A DNA stretch of 64,000 nt from Polyangiaceae bacterium (GTDB lineage: Bacteria > Myxococcota_A > Polyangia > Polyangiales > Polyangiaceae), in the NCBI GenBank assembly GCA_035063585.1, contig JAPSGB010000025.1, positions 10,393 through 74,392 on the forward strand, read 5' to 3'. Shown in pieces: positions 57,286 to 64,000 of the stretch; the stretch's first letter is position 1, and each line of letters begins with the position of its first letter. Both the position numbers and the translations under genes were made by a program. The notes beneath the pieces were generated by a model. That model was given only the letters and a program-made list of their open reading frames with translations. It had not been told where the DNA came from and made no database searches.

Positions 57286-57522
57286 TCACTTCGCCGTGTC
57301 GGGAGCCGCCGGCGCGGGGGCCTCGGCGCCAGGAGCCGAGTCAGCCGCCGGAGCCTCGGGGGCCTCCGGCGCGTCAACCGCGGGGGCCTCGGGGGCCGCG
57401 GGGGCCTCGGGGGCCGCGGGGGCCTCGGGAGCCTCGGCAGCCGGGGCCGAGCCGCCGCAGGCGACAGCCAGGGCGCAGAGGGGAACAGCGAGACCGAGCG
57501 CGAAGAACTTGCGAATGCTCAT
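57286..57522 (-). CDS. Small Ala/Pro/Glu-rich lipoprotein
   Basis: SD GGAGG, MSIRKFFALGLAVPLCALAVAC lipobox, EAPAAP 18-nt repeats. Confidence 0.78.
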   Translation of the reverse strand: MSIRKFFALGLAVPLCALAVACGGSAPAAEAPEAPAAPEAPAAPEAPAVDAPEAPEAPAADSAPGAEAPAPAAPDTAK

Positions 57523-57575
57523 TTGGGGGAACCTCCTACAACCGAGCCAAACTGAGCGGCCCGGACCAACAGACA

Positions 57576-57602
57576 GACGCCCGTGCCCGCGAAATCGGCT
57601 CA
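57576..57602 (-). promoter_or_regulatory. ECF-type promoter TGAGCC-N17-CGTC facing the lipoprotein gene
   Basis: Plus strand GACG(57576-79)-N17-GGCTCA(57597-602). Confidence 0.72.
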
Positions 57603-57729
57603 CGAAAAAGTAATTCATGAAAGGTGAATAGTTACAGGTATTTATGGTTGGTGCTGGGCCCGGCTCGGCCGGCGACCGGGTCGGCGCCGAGCTTTTTTCG
57701 GGGTCGAGTTCCAGGTTCGGCTGGGGGGC

Positions 57730-57756
57730 TGAGCCAAAATGCTCTCATGCTGCGTC
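57730..57756 (+). promoter_or_regulatory. ECF-type promoter TGAGCC-N17-CGTC facing the ECF gene
   Basis: TGAGCC(57730-35)-N17-CGTC(57753-56), 7 nt before the in-frame GTG 57764. Confidence 0.72.
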
Positions 57757-57763
57757 CATCCGA

Positions 57764-58417
57764 GTGAGCATGCCCGCTGCGTCGCGACAGGGTCGCCTCC
57801 GCCTGGTCGGGGGGACGTCGAGCGCTCGCTCCGAGAGCGAGCGCTTCGGCGCGCGCGCCGAGCTCGACGACGGGCAACTCGCGGCGCTGGCGCGAGACGG
57901 GGACTCCCTCGCCTTCGAGGCGCTCTATCGGCGCCACGCGACGTTCGCCATCAACCTTGCGGTCCGCATCCAAGGCAACGCCACGGACGTGGAGGACGTC
58001 GTCCACGACGCCTTCTTGCGGGCGCACCAGAGGCTCGCCGAGCTGCGCGACCCGGCAGCGTTTCGCTCGTGGCTCGGCTCCATCGTGGTGCGGTTCGTGC
58101 GGACGCGGCTCCGCCGCGCCCGCTTGCTCGGCTCGCTCCGTATCGGCAGCGCGGATCCCGTGGATCTCGACGCGATCGCGTCGGACGAGGCGAGCCCGGA
58201 CCAGCGCGCGGAGCTCGCGCAGATCTACGCGCTGCTCCGCACCATGCCCACCGATGAGCGCATCGCGTGGACGCTGCGCTACGTCGAACGTCATCGGCTC
58301 GAGGTGGTGGCGGAGCTCGCAGGGTGCTCGCTCGCTACCGCCAAGCGTCGCATCCAGCGCGGGCAGCGCTTCTTGGCCGAGCACTTCGTCTCGCCGTTCG
58401 CGGAGGACCGAAAATGA
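57764..58417 (+). CDS. ECF sigma factor
   Basis: LARDGDSLAFEALYRRH, EDVVHDAFLRA, AFRSWL, LEVVAELAGCSLATAKRRI. Start GTG 57764 or ATG 57770. Confidence 0.92.
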   Translation: MSMPAASRQGRLRLVGGTSSARSESERFGARAELDDGQLAALARDGDSLAFEALYRRHATFAINLAVRIQGNATDVEDVVHDAFLRAHQRLAELRDPAAFRSWLGSIVVRFVRTRLRRARLLGSLRIGSADPVDLDAIASDEASPDQRAELAQIYALLRTMPTDERIAWTLRYVERHRLEVVAELAGCSLATAKRRIQRGQRFLAEHFVSPFAEDRK

Positions 58418-59457
58418 GCGATCGGAAGAGCATTCCCGAGATCGAAGCGAGCGCGCTGCGGGCGCGGCGCGAGGGCGAGTCGATCGAGCGGATCTGGCAG
58501 CGGCTCGAGCCAGAGGTGACGTCTGCGCCTGCGCGGCGGTCGGCAGCGCTCTGGTGGGCGCCGGCCGCGGCGCTCATCGTGTTTGGCTCGGGGGTCGTGG
58601 TCGGGGCGCGCTGGGCGCAGCCTCCCGCGGTGGTCGGCAGCGTGCCGCTGGTCGCCGAGCCCATCGCTCCGGTCGAGCCCGAGCAAGCGGCGCAGCCGGC
58701 GGCGCCGAGCGGGGGCGAGGAGCCGAGCGCGCCGGCGGACGCAGGGGTGAAGCGCTCCCTCGAGCACGCGCCGGCGGTTCATGCTCCCCGCGCGGTGTTG
58801 GCCGCCTCTGGGAGCACCGAGGTTCCGGCCGCGCCGGTCGCCGCGGCGGCCACGCCCGAGTGGCAGCGGCTCGCGAACAATGGCGAGTGGGCCGCGGCGC
58901 GGCGCGCGCTCGATGAGCAAGGCGGCTTCGACGCCGCGATCGAGAGCGCTTCGGCCGAGCAGCTGATGACCTTGGCCGACATCGCGCGCTTCGCCAAGCC
59001 CGTGCAGAGCGATCGGGCGCTGGCCGCGCTGCGCCGGGTCCTCGCGCGATTCCCGGGGGATCCCAACGCGCCGGTAGCGGCGTATACGCTCGGCAACATG
59101 CTCGACAAGGCCGGCGATCGGGCCGGGGCGGCGCAGGCGTTCGCCGCGTATCGTTCCTTGTCCCCGAAGGGTGACTTCGCGGAAGATGCCCTCGCGCGCG
59201 AGATCGAGGTCGCCGTGGAGCAGGGCAACCTGGCGCTCGCGAAGGAGCTCGCGGACCAGTATGCTCGAGATTTCCCCAGAGGCCGCCGCCGCGCCGAGAT
59301 CCGCGCCGAGCTCGCGAAGCTCGCGGGTGATGCCGGCGCCGCGCTCGAGGCCGACGGGGGCGCGCTCGATACTCCAGGCGTCGATGACTCGCTCGACGAG
59401 GCCGAGGGCGACGAGCCGGTCCCGAGCGCTGACGCTGCTGGCGCTCCTGCTCGCTAG
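58414..59457 (+). CDS. Putative anti-sigma factor: single TM, Pro/Ala linker, C-terminal TPR domain
   Basis: ATGA overlap with the ECF. TM AALIVFGSGVVVGA; TPR-like ARFPGDPNAPVAAYTLG, LSPKGDFAEDA, YARDFPRG. Confidence 0.75.
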   Translation: MSDRKSIPEIEASALRARREGESIERIWQRLEPEVTSAPARRSAALWWAPAAALIVFGSGVVVGARWAQPPAVVGSVPLVAEPIAPVEPEQAAQPAAPSGGEEPSAPADAGVKRSLEHAPAVHAPRAVLAASGSTEVPAAPVAAAATPEWQRLANNGEWAAARRALDEQGGFDAAIESASAEQLMTLADIARFAKPVQSDRALAALRRVLARFPGDPNAPVAAYTLGNMLDKAGDRAGAAQAFAAYRSLSPKGDFAEDALAREIEVAVEQGNLALAKELADQYARDFPRGRRRAEIRAELAKLAGDAGAALEADGGALDTPGVDDSLDEAEGDEPVPSADAAGAPAR

Positions 59458-60418
59458 CGCGGTAGTCGTCGCGTGGCCGGGTGAGGCGCGGGCCGAGCGC
59501 GAGCCCGTCAACGTGGTCGTCGAGGTCGATCAGGTCGCTGAAGGGCTCATCGACGCTCGCATCGCCCGGCGGCTCATCGCGCTCGAGCTCGCCGACGTCG
59601 ACATGCCGGTCGACCTCGAGCGGCGCGAGTCGCGGCGACGGCCGACGCTCTTTTATCGCGTGTTCATCTCCCGGGCCGGAATGATCCGCGTCGAGCTGTG
59701 GGAGCGCGGTGAGTATCACGGCGCGCGGAGCCTCTCGCCAACCTACGGGAGCTCTCAGCTGCGCTCGCGCCGGGTCGCGCTCGCCGCGGCCGAGCTCGCG
59801 CGCGTACTTCGACAGAAGCGCCTCGCAGCCGCGAAGCTCGCGGCGCGGCCGAGGCCGGGTGATGACGCCGGCAGCTGCGGGACGGGCACGCCGCCCTACC
59901 GCATCGAGCTCGCGGCCCGAGCGACCGGCGCGCTGGTCGGGCCCGAGCGAGCGTGGCTCGCCGGACCAGCGCTCGGAGCCGCCCTCCGCGTGGGGCGGAG
60001 CGCGCGTCTCGAGCTCGCGATCTCCGCGCTGGCCGGTCGTGACGCCGCGCTCGCGGAGCGTACGGGTCTCCGTTGGCTCGAGCTATCGCTCACGCCGTCG
60101 TGGGAAGTGCCGCTCGGTGGCCGCGCGTCGCTCGGCCTCGGCGCGACCGCGGCGGCCTCGGCGGTGCACGCGTCGCGCGTCGCTGCGGTGGATGGCATCG
60201 CCGGGCAGCGGGACACTTGGAGCGCGCGCGCGGCGGCGCGCCCGGAGCTCGTCGTGGGGCTATCACGCGCGCTCGGGCTCAGCGTGGCGCCCGAGCTCGG
60301 TGCAGCGCTCCGCCCGGTGCCGCTCACCTCCGACGCCGGAGAGCGCGCCATGATGGGAGGGCTCTGGCTAGGCCTGTCGCTCGGAGTCCGGCTCGATCCG
60401 GGCGCTCCCCAGCCGTGA
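59384..60418 (+). CDS. Exported hypothetical protein, possible C-terminal beta-barrel
   Basis: Signal-like ALTLLALLLASAVVVAWPGEARA, alternating amphipathic strands, terminal WLGLSLGVRL. Confidence 0.62.
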   Translation: MTRSTRPRATSRSRALTLLALLLASAVVVAWPGEARAEREPVNVVVEVDQVAEGLIDARIARRLIALELADVDMPVDLERRESRRRPTLFYRVFISRAGMIRVELWERGEYHGARSLSPTYGSSQLRSRRVALAAAELARVLRQKRLAAAKLAARPRPGDDAGSCGTGTPPYRIELAARATGALVGPERAWLAGPALGAALRVGRSARLELAISALAGRDAALAERTGLRWLELSLTPSWEVPLGGRASLGLGATAAASAVHASRVAAVDGIAGQRDTWSARAAARPELVVGLSRALGLSVAPELGAALRPVPLTSDAGERAMMGGLWLGLSLGVRLDPGAPQP

Positions 60419-60529
60419 GCGACTCACGCGGGCTCGCGCCGCCCCGACCCATCAAGTCCGTCCCGCCGTGCTGGCGCGCTCGCCGGCTGTTTGCGCGCGG
60501 GCCCGCGCGCGGCATAGTCCCCGGCCCCG

Positions 60530-61018
60530 ATGGCCAAGTCCGCGGACAAAGAAGAGCTCGGCGACCGCTTGGTCTCGAAGAACCGGCGCGCCTACTTCAA
60601 CTATGAGGTGGGCGATTCGTTCGAGGCGGGGCTCTCGCTGATTGGGAGCGAGGCGCGCTCGCTGCGCGTCCACGGGGCGGACCTCACCGACGCTTGGGTG
60701 GACGTCGACGGCAGGCACCAGGCGTGGGTGAAGGGGATGCGTATCCCGCCGCTCACCCACGCTGCGTTCGGTCATGAGGAGCGGCGCGAGCGCAAGCTCT
60801 TGCTCCACGCCGCCGAGATCGAGCAGCTCCGCGCGGCCACCGAGCGCGACGGCATGACCGTGATCGCCACCAAGTGCTACTTCAAGAATGGGCGCGCCAA
60901 GCTCGAGATCGCCCTCGCGCGCGGCAAGAAGAAGCACGACAAGCGCCAGGCGCTCCGCGAGCGCGCTGCGGAAGACGAGGCGCGCCAGGCGATGCGTCGC
61001 GGGAGAGGCGCGCGTTGA
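60530..61018 (+). CDS. smpB: SsrA-binding protein
   Basis: NRRAYFNYEV.DSFEAGLSL.GSE, RERKLLLH..EI, KLEIALARGKKKHDKR. Confidence 0.96.
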   Translation: MAKSADKEELGDRLVSKNRRAYFNYEVGDSFEAGLSLIGSEARSLRVHGADLTDAWVDVDGRHQAWVKGMRIPPLTHAAFGHEERRERKLLLHAAEIEQLRAATERDGMTVIATKCYFKNGRAKLEIALARGKKKHDKRQALRERAAEDEARQAMRRGRGAR

Positions 61019-61266
61019 GCCTGCCGCTCACGCTCGATGTCGACGGTGGCACCGCGGAGCTCGTCGAGAGTGACGGCGCGCAGGCCGTGCTCATCAGCGC
61101 GCGCGCGTACCCGCCTGGCGCGCCGCTCACCGGGAAGCTCGCCGGGAGCGCCGCGCCGTTCGAGTTCAGGGTGCGCGGCTCGCGGCGGCTCGAGGATGGG
61201 CGGTTTCGTGTCGAGGGACGGCACGTGAACCTCTCGCGCGCGCAGCGCGCGCTCGTCACGGGCTGA
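61015..61266 (+). CDS. Small beta-rich hypothetical protein (PilZ-barrel-like?)
   Basis: TTGA overlap with smpB. SARAYPPGAPL...FRVRGSRR...FRVEGRHVNL. Confidence 0.55.
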   Translation: MSLPLTLDVDGGTAELVESDGAQAVLISARAYPPGAPLTGKLAGSAAPFEFRVRGSRRLEDGRFRVEGRHVNLSRAQRALVTG

Positions 61267-61319
61267 GGCGGGCGTCGAGCCGCGCGCGCGCTCGCGGAGC
61301 GCCGCGCGGCGCTCCGCGC

Positions 61320-62672
61320 TCATCGAACCTCGGTCGGGAGCGCGGGGAGCGGGCCTTGTCCGAGCGGGCTCGCGAGGAGCTCGCCTCGCACCTCGTCCCG
61401 CTCCGCGGTGTCGCGCAAGAACACCAGCTGTTTCCCGAGGAAGCGCCGCGCGTGTTCGGTCGCCACGTTGACGAGCCCCTCGCCGTCGAGCGTGAGCGCG
61501 CCGGCCGCGGCCTCGTGCTCCGCGCGCGCGATGAGGGCGCGCGCGCGCGCCGCGGTAGCCATCACCTGACGATAGCGCTCGGTCGCCTCGACCGCTGTCT
61601 CGAGCGTCTTCGAGAGCCCGGCCGCCGACGGCACTAGCGACGCCGCCAGCCTGAGGTAGCCGAGGTAGTCGGCGTCGCCGCGCCACAGCCGGAGCACGCC
61701 GCGATAGGCGCTCGATACCGGGAGCCCAGTGAGCCCGTCTACCACGGTGAAGAGCGCGCCGAGCGTGTCTTCCCGCTCCACTTCGCGCGCGAGCCACTCC
61801 TGGTAGTCGCGGCTCGCCTGGATTTTGGCGCGCACCTGGCGCGCCACGACCCCGAGCCGCGCTCGCTCATCGGGCGAGTCGGGGAAATCCGCGCTCGCGG
61901 GGGGCGGCCCCGCGTCGCGGTCGTTCACGACCGTGAGCAGCACCTTGGCGAGATTGTCGGAGAGGCTCGCCGAGAGCGCGTCGGTCGAGCGTGCGACCAG
62001 CCCGACCGCGACCATCTCCGCCTCGAGCCGCTCGAGATGCTCGCGCTCGACCTCGAGCCGGACGAGGAGCAGGCCGACGATCTCCCAATAGTCGGGCACC
62101 GTCACCTGGTAGGGGAGCGCGAACGGCGGCTCACCGCCGGCGTCGAGCTCGCCGAGTTGGCGGCACAGCTTGAACGCCTCGAGTCGGCCGTTGTCGATCG
62201 CGCTCCGCACGCGCGCGACCCCGCCGAGCAGCTCGCCGAGCGCCCAGTCGAGTCGGGAGACGAGCACGTAGTCGGTCTGGATGTGCTCGCGAGCCCGCTC
62301 CCACGCGCGCGTCGCGCGGGCGCGGTCTGCCTCGCTCATGCCGGCCGAGAAGGTGAGCCGCTCGGGGACCAGACGCTCCACGCGAAAGGCGTCCCCCGAG
62401 GGCGACACCCGCACATAGAACGGCACCTCGCGCGCTTGGAGCTCGCGGAGCGAGTCGACGCCCTTCTGCGCGAGCACGCGATAGGCGTCGAAGCTCCGCT
62501 CTTTCGCGCCGCGCTCGAGCTCCGCGTAGCCCTCTGCGTAGTAAGCGTACGCGCCGTGAACCCAGTCCTTGCCGTAAAGGTGAGAGAGCGGCGTCGTGGA
62601 GGCGCGCCGCTCGCACGCGACCAGGAGCGTCGCGCCGCCGAGCACGAAGCCGCGCCGCGTGACGGTCGTCAA
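61320..62672 (-). CDS. Putative Tat-exported helical lipoprotein, function unknown
   Basis: TRRGFVLGGATLLVAC (twin-Arg plus lipobox). TTGA overlap with the upstream gene. Confidence 0.72.
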   Translation of the reverse strand: MTTVTRRGFVLGGATLLVACERRASTTPLSHLYGKDWVHGAYAYYAEGYAELERGAKERSFDAYRVLAQKGVDSLRELQAREVPFYVRVSPSGDAFRVERLVPERLTFSAGMSEADRARATRAWERAREHIQTDYVLVSRLDWALGELLGGVARVRSAIDNGRLEAFKLCRQLGELDAGGEPPFALPYQVTVPDYWEIVGLLLVRLEVEREHLERLEAEMVAVGLVARSTDALSASLSDNLAKVLLTVVNDRDAGPPPASADFPDSPDERARLGVVARQVRAKIQASRDYQEWLAREVEREDTLGALFTVVDGLTGLPVSSAYRGVLRLWRGDADYLGYLRLAASLVPSAAGLSKTLETAVEATERYRQVMATAARARALIARAEHEAAAGALTLDGEGLVNVATEHARRFLGKQLVFLRDTAERDEVRGELLASPLGQGPLPALPTEVR

Positions 62673-63844
62673 AGCACCTCGATCGCGCCGAGCGCTCCGA
62701 GCTTGCCGGCGAGCGCCTCGGCGCGGCGCTCCACCATGCCCTCCGCGCCGGTGGTTCCGGCGTGGGCCGCTGCGCCCGGCGTCCCCTCCTCGCCCGAGGC
62801 CGCGCTCGCGCCGCTCGAGTCCATCGACGTCCCCGCGCTCCCTCCGCCGCCCGGCGCGCCCGCGCCGCCGGCCGCGCCGCCGAAGCCCCCTGACACGTCC
62901 AGCGCGATCCGATCAGCGAGCTCGGGAAACCGCTCGTCGATGACGAGCGTGATCCGACCGCCCCTCCCGCCGTTGCCGCCGTTGCCGCCGTTGCCGCCGT
63001 TGCCGCCACGGCCGCCGCTGCCGGGTGGCGCGCCGCCGCCGCCGTCGCCGCCGCGGCCGCCCGCGCCGCCTGCGCCGCCTGCGCCGCCTGCGCCGCCGCG
63101 CGCGACGATGGTGAGGGTCTGCTCGGGAGGGAACAAGAGGAGATCGTCGCGTCCGCCCTCGAGGCGGACGAGGACTAGCCGCTCATAGAACGGGGTCTTC
63201 GCGTAGGTCGCGTACGCGATGAGCTCCGGCCCGTTGCCGCCGTCGCCGCCGGTCGAGCCGCTCCCGCCCGAGGCGCCGTCGCCGCCGCGCGAGCCGCCGC
63301 CGGTGCTCGAGCCCGTGCTGCCGCTCGAGCCGGACTGCCCGGAGGTGCCGTCTTGCCCGCGAGCGCCCTGCGCGCCGCTCGCGTCGGCGGCGGTGATGCA
63401 GCGGTAATCGGGCTTGTAGCGGGTCGTGAAGGTGAAGTGGTCGGGTCGCCGGCGATAAGCGGTGGTGAGCTCGAACTCCCGGCCCGCGCTCGCGATGAGA
63501 TCGGGGCGAGGCTGAAACCACCCGCTGTCGTCGAACTCGCCGCCGGCGCTCGCGAAGGCGAAATCGGCGAAGTCGAGCCGCCCGTTGCGGTTCGACTGGG
63601 GATCGCCGGCCCACGTCTCGACCGATCGCACCTCGGTCTCGCCGCGGAGCACGACCTCGGCGAACACCGCCATCTGCACGGCCTCGCGCGGGCAGATGGT
63701 CTTCTCTCGTTTGCGGATGTCGACGCTCATCGTCTGGATCGTCGCGCCCTCGAGGTCGATGGTGTTTCGCCCGGCCATGTTGAGGAGGAAGCCGCAGCCG
63801 CCGAGTGAGAGGCCGAGCGGGATGAGCCAGGTTCGTGCGAGCAT
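62669..63844 (-). CDS. Lipoprotein with globular N-domain and Gly-rich GGx tracts
   Basis: Lipobox LSLGGC. GGA/GGN/GxS runs interrupted by short beta segments (TLTIVARGG, GRITLVID, IALDVSGG). Confidence 0.75.
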   Translation of the reverse strand: MLARTWLIPLGLSLGGCGFLLNMAGRNTIDLEGATIQTMSVDIRKREKTICPREAVQMAVFAEVVLRGETEVRSVETWAGDPQSNRNGRLDFADFAFASAGGEFDDSGWFQPRPDLIASAGREFELTTAYRRRPDHFTFTTRYKPDYRCITAADASGAQGARGQDGTSGQSGSSGSTGSSTGGGSRGGDGASGGSGSTGGDGGNGPELIAYATYAKTPFYERLVLVRLEGGRDDLLLFPPEQTLTIVARGGAGGAGGAGGAGGRGGDGGGGAPPGSGGRGGNGGNGGNGGNGGRGGRITLVIDERFPELADRIALDVSGGFGGAAGGAGAPGGGGSAGTSMDSSGASAASGEEGTPGAAAHAGTTGAEGMVERRAEALAGKLGALGAIEVL

Positions 63845-64000
63845 GGGTGGGTCGGTCCGGCGCGGAACCGCTCGAGTGTCAGCTCCGCTCGGTAGTCGGG
63901 CCGGGCGGGTGAAGGAATCCGACGCGTGATGGAGGACTTGCGTTGGCTGGAGCCGGGCGCGGGGTGCGGAGCACAAATTCGCAATCGCGCTTGGACTTGG

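Noticed and set aside
60530..61320. tmRNA (ssrA) near smpB
   Set aside because: No tRNA-like ends or tag frame are recognisable, and the space is filled by ORFs.

Overview
High-GC bacterial chromosomal segment whose gene content points to Myxococcota, probably Polyangiaceae/Sorangium-like (inferred from an SgmX-like TPR protein, an MXAN_5808-type S41 protease, a myxosortase-like CPBP protease, a Hanks kinase, an FHA protein and Pro/Ser low-complexity linkers). About 52 CDSs and two tRNAs (Ala-GGC, Val-GAC). Much is housekeeping: tldD, pdxA, thrS-infC, yajC-secD-secF-recJ-mlaF-mlaD, ctp-pdxJ-acpS-nnr, nadC-birA, a fadF-like gene, psd, rpmE-DUF1385-prfA, smpB. No CRISPR array, integrase, transposase or prophage was seen. 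Most long opposite-strand ORFs in the supplied track are GC-bias shadows. The best leads are: (1) an ECF sigma / TM-TPR anti-sigma / exported-protein triad whose intergenic region holds two divergent exact TGAGCC-N17-CGTC motifs, one facing the sigma gene and one facing a small EAP-repeat lipoprotein; (2) a sigma54-type promoter with an upstream palindrome ahead of a lipoprotein with 18 four-Cys modules and Tyr-rich linkers; (3) a sigma54-type promoter ahead of a second, orphan ECF; (4) a DUF4175-peptidase MA-psd-methyltransferase cluster next to an alkyl-DHAP-synthase-like gene; (5) repeated leaderless-mRNA signatures. All family calls come from motif recognition by eye; no searches were run.
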